From: a virus
Lineage: Duplodnaviria > Caudoviricetes
Strand: one strand, 5' to 3'
DNA: 39,210 bases
IMG/VR virus record: IMGVR_UViG_3300042207_000154
Span: 1 to 39,210 of that record
The position numbers and the translations under genes are program-made. The notes under the pieces were generated by a model, which was given only the letters and a program-made list of their open reading frames with translations, was not told the DNA's origin and did not search any database. This document shows, one piece after another, positions 27,696 to 35,856 of this stretch (the stretch's first letter is position 1; each line of letters opens with the position of its first letter).

Positions 27696-27734
27696 TGGCA
27701 GGTCAGTGTCGTTGTGCTGGCCTGCCACCTTTTT
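27696..27734 (+). terminator. Hairpin/terminator after the capsid gene
   Basis: TGGCAGGTCAG...CTGGCCTGCCA followed by CCTTTTT. Confidence 0.6.
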
Positions 27735-27757
27735 GATTGATTGGGAGAAAACATAAA

Positions 27758-28204
27758 ATGTCGAAACGTCTTATTACCCAAGCGTTACTTATTAGCTGTC
27801 TGGCACATACTGGTTACCGCCGTGCAGGTATGGCCTTTAATAAAGGCGAGAATCGCTTTCAACCCGACACCTTTAACGCTGATCAGCTGGCGCAACTTGA
27901 AACCGATCCACGCCTTAATGTGGTGGCAATCGATGACGCAGTTGCCCAAGCAAGTGAACCGTCATTATCGCAAGGGACCGTGGCAGCAACAGCAGTGGTT
28001 AGCGGCATAAGCTTTGCTGATGCCGTGGCTAAATTGAATCAACAAAGCGCTGACGATTTTACTGCTAACGGTAAGCCACAGTGCAATGCATTAGAAGCAT
28101 TAATGCAAAGACCGATTAGTGCAGGCGAACGTGATGCTTTATGGGCAGCACATTTGGCAAATAGCCTTGCACCAGATGCCACTAAATCAGCAGGCGCACA
28201 GTAA
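27758..28204 (+). CDS. HI1506/Mu gp35-like protein
   Basis: GYRRAGMAF, QLETDPRL, FTANGKP; GGAG RBS. Confidence 0.8.
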   Translation: MSKRLITQALLISCLAHTGYRRAGMAFNKGENRFQPDTFNADQLAQLETDPRLNVVAIDDAVAQASEPSLSQGTVAATAVVSGISFADAVAKLNQQSADDFTANGKPQCNALEALMQRPISAGERDALWAAHLANSLAPDATKSAGAQ

Positions 28205-28629
28205 TGGCCTATGCCTCAACCACTGACATGCTGCAACGATTTGGTGAGCATGAGTTAACCCTACTGACAGATCGTGATGGCCAAGCCGGAGCAGTGGTCG
28301 AGGCTATGCTGGTGACTGCCTTAACGGATGCATCAGCCTTGATTGATGGCTATCTCGTTGGCCGCTATGGCTTGCCATTAGCCAATCCACCGATTGTGCT
28401 CACACGCTTATGTTGTGATATGGCCCGTTATGGTTTGTACGATGACCAAGCCAATGAGCAAGTTAATCAACGTCAGGCTGATGCTATTCGCTTTTTAGAA
28501 AAAGTGTCGATGGGGCAAATCAGCCTAGGGCTAAGCGATAGCGGTAGTGTGACACCCAGCATGGATTTACCTGAAATGCAGAGCCAGGGCAGCGTGTTTG
28601 CCAGGGAAAAAAGCAAAGGGTTTATTTAA
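28204..28629 (+). CDS. Head-tail adaptor (Mu gp36, DUF1320)
   Basis: MAYAS..DM..RFGE.EL, DASALIDGYL.GRY.LPL, CCDMARY. Confidence 0.9.
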   Translation: MAYASTTDMLQRFGEHELTLLTDRDGQAGAVVEAMLVTALTDASALIDGYLVGRYGLPLANPPIVLTRLCCDMARYGLYDDQANEQVNQRQADAIRFLEKVSMGQISLGLSDSGSVTPSMDLPEMQSQGSVFAREKSKGFI

Positions 28630-28630
28630 A

Positions 28631-29053
28631 ATGTTAGACATTGTGGATGTGCTTAAAACTCGCCTAACGCCAGAGAATGCCCCCTGGGTTGATGTTGAAG
28701 GGTTACTGCAGTTGTCTGCGCTTGATGACAAGAAAACTAATCGTTTACCTAAGCTCTATGTGATTGAACTTGCCGAAAATGCCAAACCCGATGTACGCGG
28801 TAGCGGCCCTTACTTACAAACCCTGCAATTAGAAATTGGTGTGATTTGCGTGATGGCTAATGTGAATGGCCAGCACGGGAAATTGACACCGCTGAGGCAG
28901 CAAGTTCGAGATCGCTTATTTGGCTGGGCGCCTGCTACCGAGTTAGAACCACTTGCATTAGCGGGTGGGCGATTATTGAAATTGGGTAACAGTTACGTGG
29001 CCTGGCTTGACCGCTTTGTGACTGAATACACCGAAGATGCAAACCGCCCATAA
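28631..29053 (+). CDS. Putative tail terminator protein
   Basis: LR..V...LFGW.P, W.DRF; position between gp36 and tube. Confidence 0.75.
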   Translation: MLDIVDVLKTRLTPENAPWVDVEGLLQLSALDDKKTNRLPKLYVIELAENAKPDVRGSGPYLQTLQLEIGVICVMANVNGQHGKLTPLRQQVRDRLFGWAPATELEPLALAGGRLLKLGNSYVAWLDRFVTEYTEDANRP

Positions 29054-29067
29054 AGGGCTAGGAGATA

Positions 29068-29976
29068 ATGATGGCTCGTAAATTTACTAAAAAAGCATTG
29101 GTGTTTGCTAGTGAGCAAACCTATGGCGTTGACGCCATTGCTGCTGCACAACCAGCCAAAGCACTGCTAGGCCGTGAAGTTAACATCACCCCATTAGCTG
29201 GCGAAAACACCGCACTAGATTATGACGATGGCAAATTGGGTAACAGCGCTGAAATTGCCACTGAAACCTATGTAACCCTTGAGTTTGGTGTTGACTGGGC
29301 GGGCAGTGGTACCGCGATTACACCTCCGGCTTACAGTGAGTTGCTGGCCAGTTGTTTACGTAATACAAGCGTAAAAGCCGATAAGGTAGAACAAAGCATA
29401 GATGAAGCCAGTACCGCATCAATTACGCTGTATTTTTATTTGGATGGCGCATTACACGCCATTGTTGGCGCTCGTGGCAGCGTGAAGTTAGAAGCTAAAG
29501 CAAAAGATTTTCCTAAGATGATGTTCAGCTTTACGGGGCTATTTGTACCCGTTGCCAGCGCCGTTATGCCGGCAACCGACTTTACCGCTTGGAAAACCCC
29601 ATTCAAAGTGGGTGCGGCCAACTCAGCGTGTACTTTAGACGGTAGCGCAATCAAGCTGATCAGCTTTGAATACGACCAAGGCAATCAAGTTGTGCATCAA
29701 GAGTATGTGGGCCATGAAGAGGTGATTATCACTGACTTTCAACCTAGCGGAAAACTGGTATTTGAAGCCGCCGACTTTGACAGCTTTGATCCATTTGCTG
29801 CCAATACCTCGGTGGTGGATTTTTCATTTACCCATGGTGCCGCAACAAATCAGGTGGGCTTTAGTACCCAAACCTTGCAGCTTGGTCGCGCCGAATATGG
29901 TGATCAAGATGGTATTTTAACCTACGAAATTCCAGTGCGTCCCATTGGCAATGTTGACGTGTTAACTAGTAAATAA
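29068..29976 (+). CDS. Major tail tube protein (non-contractile type)
   Basis: EQTYGVD, AGSGTA.TPPAY, H...GARG, FSFTGLF; no sheath gene nearby. Confidence 0.8.
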   Translation: MMARKFTKKALVFASEQTYGVDAIAAAQPAKALLGREVNITPLAGENTALDYDDGKLGNSAEIATETYVTLEFGVDWAGSGTAITPPAYSELLASCLRNTSVKADKVEQSIDEASTASITLYFYLDGALHAIVGARGSVKLEAKAKDFPKMMFSFTGLFVPVASAVMPATDFTAWKTPFKVGAANSACTLDGSAIKLISFEYDQGNQVVHQEYVGHEEVIITDFQPSGKLVFEAADFDSFDPFAANTSVVDFSFTHGAATNQVGFSTQTLQLGRAEYGDQDGILTYEIPVRPIGNVDVLTSK

Positions 29977-29985
29977 GGATATCTC

Positions 29986-30315
29986 ATGTTTGTGTTTACC
30001 CCCGTTCGCCAAGTTAAGCAGTGGCCTGGCACAATTAAAGTGTCGTCTGATGGTGGAAAAGTGGAAGAAGTGGCGATTAGCTTCGATTTAGTGTTGCTGC
30101 CGGTTGATGACTATATGGAGAAACTTAACCAGGGTAATAAGGTGTTATTTGATGCCATTATGGCGGGCTTTGGTGGCATAGCAAGTGCAGATGGTAGCGA
30201 GTTAGCCGACACCCCAGAAAACCGCCAAGCATTGTACCAACACGCACCATTTACTGATGCATTGCTTTATGCCTACCGTGCAGCCAATAGCGGTGAGGGT
30301 GCAAGAAAAAACTAA
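29986..30315 (+). CDS. Tail assembly chaperone (G-like)
   Basis: Follows tube; ends ARKN* on an A AAA AAC heptamer. Confidence 0.8.
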   Translation: MFVFTPVRQVKQWPGTIKVSSDGGKVEEVAISFDLVLLPVDDYMEKLNQGNKVLFDAIMAGFGGIASADGSELADTPENRQALYQHAPFTDALLYAYRAANSGEGARKN

Positions 30316-30323
30316 TAGATGGG

Positions 30324-30653
30324 GTGCGCCAATTATATGCTCGCCCCCAAAGTTCAGCGACAGAACAACAGCAATTACAAACAGAAATGCGCCTGCTAGG
30401 CATAGAAACAACCGCAACTATAGCCGATAACCCCGTGGCATTTTGGCAAGAGCATAAAGCCGCACTTGATTGGTGGTGGCAAGTACAAGATTTACTGCGC
30501 TATAACGGCGCGGTGTGCATGGGGTTAGATGTGGCAGCGGTTAAGGCTGATGCTGAAATGTCAGGACGAGAGATCAACCAAGAAGACTACCAAAAGCTGC
30601 GATTAATTGCCCATACCGTCACTGCTGTGTTTAACGACCGTTCGCTTAATTAG
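30324..30653 (+). CDS. Tail chaperone C-terminal extension (DUF1799-like; probably made as a -1 frameshift fusion)
   Basis: In the -1 frame of the upstream gene and open from the heptamer; GLD..AV motif. Confidence 0.7.
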   Translation: MRQLYARPQSSATEQQQLQTEMRLLGIETTATIADNPVAFWQEHKAALDWWWQVQDLLRYNGAVCMGLDVAAVKADAEMSGREINQEDYQKLRLIAHTVTAVFNDRSLN

Positions 30654-30706
30654 TGCCTTAACCCCATCAAAAGTAGTCAATTCATGTTAGTGCAAGGTGA
30701 TGATGT

Positions 30707-33592
30707 ATGAGCGATTTAAAACTGGCGTTAACCTTATCTGCCGATGGTAAGCAGCTTATTGGTACGGTTAAAAATACTCAGTCGGTGGTGTCAGATTTAA
30801 ATACCACGTTAATTCGCACCCAAGGTGCGAGTAAGCAAGCCTCTGTAGGGTTGACGCAAATTGACCGACAAGCATCGATGACATCAAAATCGGTTCGGCA
30901 AATGGGTCAATTGGCTATCAGTGCCTTTGCTGGATTATCGGCGATTAACCTTGGCCAAAAAATCACTCAAGACTTAGCCGCGTTTCAAGACGTTCGTACC
31001 CGCTTACAAAGCTTATCGGGTTCAACTGCAGCATATGCAAATAACGAAAAGTATTTAATGCAGTTAACCCGTGAACATCATAAAGAGCTGATCCCTTTGG
31101 CGGATAATTATGCCGCACTTTTAAACTTACAAGATGCGGGCTTGGTAACCCAGGCTCAAGCTAGGGTGCTTTTAGAAGGGTTTAGTAATGCGCAATCTTC
31201 ACTAGGTGCAAGTACTGAGCAGCTTAAACAATCCATGTATGGTTTATCACAAGGCTTAGCATCACCTATTTTACGTGCAGAAGAACTGAATCAGATTGTT
31301 GAGCCTATGCCTGGACTGCTCAATAAAATGGATAAAGCCGCCCAGTTGCCAGCGGGTGGTTTTAGGCAAATGGTACTTGATGGCAAGGTTACAGCAGATT
31401 TTTTACGTAACACCTTGATTAAAGCGTTAGGCGAATATGATGGTGCTGCCGCAGCCTCAGCAGCTAATATTAGCGCGCAAACCCGTGATATGAAAAATGC
31501 CTATCAGCAGCTTATCGTTAAGTTTGAAAGCCCAATTAATAACAGTTTAACCCCTGTTTTAACCACCATTACTGATGGGGTGATTTGGGCGACTGATAAC
31601 GCTGATTTATTACAGCAAGTGTTTGGCGTTGCTATGGTGGCAGCGTTAACCCGTGCAACCCAAGCAGGGGTAACCCATACCGCAAGTTTGATAGCCGATG
31701 CTCGTGCGGCTCAGTTGTCTCGTTTATCGACCATTTCAGCGGCACAAGCCGAATTGCAAAAAGCCACTATTCAGCGCGGTGCGGTATTAACCGCAGGGCA
31801 AGCTGTAGTAGCAGAAGCCAGATTAGCGGCTGCACGTGAAACGTTAACCGTTGCGACAACACAATCGACGGTAGCATCGCGAGCATTAACCGGAGCTTTG
31901 GCTTTAGCGGGTGGCCCTGCTGGTGTTGCGTTAATGGCTGCAGCTGGTATTGCGTATTTTGCGATGAGCGCCAAAAATGCCAAGCAACCCACCAGAGAAT
32001 TAAGTGCCGAAGTTGAAACCTTAGTTAGTCGTTATCAAGCCCTCACTGAGCTTGAACGCCAGAGTAAAATGCGTGTGCTTAGTACCGAGATGAAAGGTTT
32101 ACGCCAAGAATTAATCGCTACCAATGCCGAAATTAACAACATAGGTACCCAAGACCTTTATGCCAGCCCAGGGCAATTGGCACAGAACCAAACTAAGCTG
32201 GCTTTATTGAAACAAAAAGCACAAGAGTTGAATGATAAGCTCGATGTGGCCAGCCAAAAGCAGCAGGGATTATTCAATATTGGTTTGCCAGAACTGACCC
32301 AACAAGGTGGTGCTACAACACAAGTAAACAAAGAACAGCAGCAATTACTCGATAACTTAACCAAGCAAAAAATACTGTTTGGCGAGGTTAGTGAAGCGGC
32401 CAAAGTGCGTTATGAGATTGAGCATGGATCGCTTAAAAATCTTGATCCCGTTATCAACGCTAAATTATTGCAAGCAGCCAAAGATTTAGATGCCACTAAA
32501 GCCAGTGCCAATGCTGCAAAAGTCGCTGGCGATGCTATTGATGAACAACAAAAACAACTTAAGAGTTTATTGGCCATTCTTGACCCCGTTACTGCAGGCC
32601 AAGATGAAATGGCCGCCAGGGAGCGACTATTAAAAACCTATTTTGAACAAGCTAATGTGCCGTTAGAAAAGCGCCAGCAACTGTTAAATGCTCTCCGTGA
32701 GCAATATGCCAAACCCAGTGATTTTGAGCAATTGCGTGGCAATTTAGATCCTCGTTTTAGTGAGCAGCAAAACCATAGCGAAAATATGGGCATATTAACT
32801 GCTGAGCTTGATAACACTCCAGAATCAGAAGCGCTTAAACGTAATCAAATAAACATGCTTATTGAGGCTGAGCAGCAACGCCATGCAGAGGCTATGAGTG
32901 ATATAAACGGCGGCATCACCAGTCAATTTGATGCTATGTGGTCTGAAACCTTTGACCGCTTTGCTGCCGGTATTGGCAGTGCCACCGCAGATGCGCTGTT
33001 TGAGTCAAAAGACTTTGGTGATGCAATGAAGCAAATCACCCAAGGTGCGATTAAATCCGTTGTTGCTGGTTTAGTTGAGATCGGTGTAAAGAAAGTCGCG
33101 ATGGCAGCGATAGATAAAACCATTATGGCAAGTACCGCCGCCACTGCAACGACAACTGCAGCGACCACTGGCGCATCGGTGACAGCATCAATGGCACCCG
33201 CAGCGGCTACCTCATCTATTGCCACGTTTGGTGGCAGTGCTATGGCAGGTATGGCGGCCATGATGGCAGCTATGGCTCTGCTGCCCATGATTATTGGTAA
33301 GTTTCATGGTGGTGGCACCATTCCACGCGAGGGGACTTATCTGCTTGATGGCGGTGAAACTGTCTATACCCGCAAGCAACAACAAACCTTAATGAACGCT
33401 ATGAACACATCGGCATCAGGCGGTTCGGGCAGTAAGCAATTAAATATTCAACAGCATAATACGATAGTGGTGAGTAATCAGTCTGATGCTCAGACGCTAG
33501 AAGATGTGCTACCGCAGCTAGTGGCCATGACCAAAAGCGCAGTAGTTGATGATTTAAATAATCGTGGCGAAGTGTGGCATGCAGGTGGGTGA
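30707..33592 (+). CDS. Tape measure protein
   Basis: 961 aa, Ala-rich; LSQGLAS..LRAEELNQI, GGPAG, FHGGG motifs. Confidence 0.93.
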   Translation: MSDLKLALTLSADGKQLIGTVKNTQSVVSDLNTTLIRTQGASKQASVGLTQIDRQASMTSKSVRQMGQLAISAFAGLSAINLGQKITQDLAAFQDVRTRLQSLSGSTAAYANNEKYLMQLTREHHKELIPLADNYAALLNLQDAGLVTQAQARVLLEGFSNAQSSLGASTEQLKQSMYGLSQGLASPILRAEELNQIVEPMPGLLNKMDKAAQLPAGGFRQMVLDGKVTADFLRNTLIKALGEYDGAAAASAANISAQTRDMKNAYQQLIVKFESPINNSLTPVLTTITDGVIWATDNADLLQQVFGVAMVAALTRATQAGVTHTASLIADARAAQLSRLSTISAAQAELQKATIQRGAVLTAGQAVVAEARLAAARETLTVATTQSTVASRALTGALALAGGPAGVALMAAAGIAYFAMSAKNAKQPTRELSAEVETLVSRYQALTELERQSKMRVLSTEMKGLRQELIATNAEINNIGTQDLYASPGQLAQNQTKLALLKQKAQELNDKLDVASQKQQGLFNIGLPELTQQGGATTQVNKEQQQLLDNLTKQKILFGEVSEAAKVRYEIEHGSLKNLDPVINAKLLQAAKDLDATKASANAAKVAGDAIDEQQKQLKSLLAILDPVTAGQDEMAARERLLKTYFEQANVPLEKRQQLLNALREQYAKPSDFEQLRGNLDPRFSEQQNHSENMGILTAELDNTPESEALKRNQINMLIEAEQQRHAEAMSDINGGITSQFDAMWSETFDRFAAGIGSATADALFESKDFGDAMKQITQGAIKSVVAGLVEIGVKKVAMAAIDKTIMASTAATATTTAATTGASVTASMAPAAATSSIATFGGSAMAGMAAMMAAMALLPMIIGKFHGGGTIPREGTYLLDGGETVYTRKQQQTLMNAMNTSASGGSGSKQLNIQQHNTIVVSNQSDAQTLEDVLPQLVAMTKSAVVDDLNNRGEVWHAGG

Positions 33593-33652
33593 TTGTAATT
33601 GTTGTTAGATAGCGATATCTTGTTTAATCATTAATTTACAAAGGATTGTGAT

Positions 33653-34150
33653 ATGCCATATTGGATGACTCCTGAAATCATTATTGCAATTTCATCGATA
33701 TTTATAGCCTTGCTCGCTTTATTTGCAACCATTTGGCAAGGGCTAGTAACAAGGAAGCATAATAAGTTAACAGTCAAACCTATATTATCTTTTCAAATAA
33801 CGCTGTCTTCCCACAGTGATAAAATAGGTATTTGCATTATAAACAAAGGTGTAGGACCTCTAATTTTGACGGAAAGTATTATTTCAAAAGCAGGGAAAAG
33901 TTCTTATTTACACAAAAAAGATTATATGAAATTATTCCCATTGCTAAATAATCCTAGTTTTCATTTTGGTATTCCAGCCAGAAACTGTTCAATTTTACCA
34001 AATGAAAATGTGTGGTTGATTTCATGCTCCAAGCATAAAGAGCAAGATGCATTTATAGACGTTATGGACTCAGAGTTTAAAGGTCTAAATATAGAGATTA
34101 AATATAAATCTATTTATGATGAAAAATTCACTGAAAGTTGCAAACTTTAA
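33653..34150 (+). CDS. AT-rich moron with N-terminal TM anchor (possible superinfection exclusion)
   Basis: IIIAISSIFIALLALFATIW, RKHNKLTVKP, NKGVGP, YKSIY; low GC between tail genes. Confidence 0.75.
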   Translation: MPYWMTPEIIIAISSIFIALLALFATIWQGLVTRKHNKLTVKPILSFQITLSSHSDKIGICIINKGVGPLILTESIISKAGKSSYLHKKDYMKLFPLLNNPSFHFGIPARNCSILPNENVWLISCSKHKEQDAFIDVMDSEFKGLNIEIKYKSIYDEKFTESCKL

Positions 34151-34157
34151 TACCTAC

Positions 34158-34231
34158 TTCCCGAAACATTTCTAATCCGTTTTGATTAACAGGCCGGTCA
34201 TACTGGGGCATAACCCATTGTATGACTGGCT
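34158..34231 (+). promoter_or_regulatory. Putative late promoter (PP-like) with hairpin
   Basis: TTCCCGAAACATTTCTAATCCG; CATACT at 34199; hairpin GCCGGTCATAC..GTATGACTGGC 34193-34230. Confidence 0.7.
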
Positions 34232-34834
34232 ATGCTGACGTTTCCTTCTGACATATTTCCTACCGAATGCGACTGGCGTTTAGTGCCACGTACGCAAGTG
34301 TTTAGTAATCCCTTTAATGGCAGCGTGCAAACCTTAAGTTTGCCTGGCGCTTATTGGCAGGCGCAGTTGAGTTTTGCCAATTTAAGCCGTGATCAAGGCG
34401 CTCGACTACATGCGTTAATTACTCAACTGCGAGGTCCAAGCGGTCGCATCCAATTGTGGGACCATGCCTTTACTTCACCCCGAGGCCCAGCTGGTGGCAA
34501 CCCTGTTATTGATGGTGCTGGCCAAGTCGGTGGCCAAATTGCCATTCGTGGCTGTACACCATCTAGTTTGTTTCTTAAAACCGGTGACTACTGCCAAATG
34601 GGTTTGCAGTGCGTGATAGTGACTGCCGATGCCATAGCTAATGCAACAGGCCGATGCACCTTACAGATAGAAGCCCCCATCCGTTACGCCCCCGCAAATG
34701 GCTCAGCCATTATCGTGAATAAAGCCAGTTCGGTGATGATGCTCAAGGATGACGACCAAGGCGGGAGGCGGTCGTCTAAAAAGTTGGTGTTATCCAGTTT
34801 GAGTTTAACGTTTATTGAGGACGTGAACACATGA
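34232..34834 (+). CDS. Distal tail-like protein
   Basis: F.NPFNGSVQT...PGAYW, L.IEAPIR; position after TMP. Confidence 0.75.
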   Translation: MLTFPSDIFPTECDWRLVPRTQVFSNPFNGSVQTLSLPGAYWQAQLSFANLSRDQGARLHALITQLRGPSGRIQLWDHAFTSPRGPAGGNPVIDGAGQVGGQIAIRGCTPSSLFLKTGDYCQMGLQCVIVTADAIANATGRCTLQIEAPIRYAPANGSAIIVNKASSVMMLKDDDQGGRRSSKKLVLSSLSLTFIEDVNT

Positions 34835-35448
34835 TTGAATTTGCCAGTTTTGAGATGCAGCAGTGGCTGCGGCGTAGCGATATAAGCGCAATTTTAATGA
34901 CCGAGCTTGATTTTGAGTCCGGTTGGTTGCGTTGTCACAGTGGCGTGGGCGATGCGCTTTGGCAAGATCAAGTGTTTAAAGGTACTGGTGTACTGGGCAA
35001 AGTTGGTGCGGTAAGCCAGGGCAATAAGATTCAACCCCATCGTTTACGTTTTACCTTATCAGGCATACCGCAAGAGCTGCTTGCGGTGGCGTTAGGTGAA
35101 AAGTATCAAAATCGTCAAGGCGCTTTGTATTTAGCCGCGTTAGATCCTTACAGCAAGATTGTTGCCAGAGACACCTTGTTTGCAGGCCGCATGGATGTGA
35201 TGCATGTGCGTGTTGGCAATCCTTCGACAATTCAATTGGATTTAAATAGCCGTGGTGTTGACTGGAAAAACCCGCGTAATTCTCGCTACACCCATGCCGA
35301 TCAACAAGCCCGTTATGGCGATGACAAGTTTTTTGAATTTGTGTCGCAAATGGCCGAAAAAGAGATTCATTGGGGCGTTCCAGGTAAGGCGGTTGGTGGA
35401 TCTGGTGGCAGTGGTGGGCGCAGTGTCGGTTCTAAAAAGCAGAAGTAA
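34831..35448 (+). CDS. Minor tail / hub protein
   Basis: HSGVG...W....F.G.G.LG, F.GRMD, YT.ADQ..RY.DD.FFEFV. Confidence 0.75.
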   Translation: MIEFASFEMQQWLRRSDISAILMTELDFESGWLRCHSGVGDALWQDQVFKGTGVLGKVGAVSQGNKIQPHRLRFTLSGIPQELLAVALGEKYQNRQGALYLAALDPYSKIVARDTLFAGRMDVMHVRVGNPSTIQLDLNSRGVDWKNPRNSRYTHADQQARYGDDKFFEFVSQMAEKEIHWGVPGKAVGGSGGSGGRSVGSKKQK

Positions 35449-35454
35449 CTAACC

Positions 35455-35856
35455 ATGACCTTACTCGAGCAATTTATTCAACAGTATCGAAATAAGCCAT
35501 TCAGTTGGGGCCAGTTAGATTGCTGCTTGTTTGCGGCCAATTGGATTGCCATGAACAGTGATGATGACATGGCAGCCTCGTTCCGTGGACGATATAAAAC
35601 TGCACTGGGGGCAAAGCGATTATTAGCCAAAAATGGCTTTAAAAATGTTAACGCAGTTGCACAAGCTTACCTAGGGCAATCCATTGCGCCCTTGTTGTTA
35701 TTAAGAGGGGATATTGCTTTGGTATCACCACCTAAAAGTGAACCTGCTTTGGGTATTGTTGCTGGGCATGGAGCGTGGGTAATGACCTATGAGGGGGTGA
35801 TGTTAGTGCCGATGCGGTTAGTGACTAATGGATGGAGGTTGCCATGCCGCCAGTAA
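35455..35856 (+). CDS. DUF6950 / NlpC-P60-like tail protein
   Basis: PFSWGQLDCCLFAA, FRGRY, RGDIALV. Confidence 0.8.
   Translation: MTLLEQFIQQYRNKPFSWGQLDCCLFAANWIAMNSDDDMAASFRGRYKTALGAKRLLAKNGFKNVNAVAQAYLGQSIAPLLLLRGDIALVSPPKSEPALGIVAGHGAWVMTYEGVMLVPMRLVTNGWRLPCRQ

Noticed and set aside
1619-33288. Numerous minus-strand ORFs opposite phage and cargo genes
   Set aside because: Antisense shadows of well-supported plus-strand genes with no independent motifs
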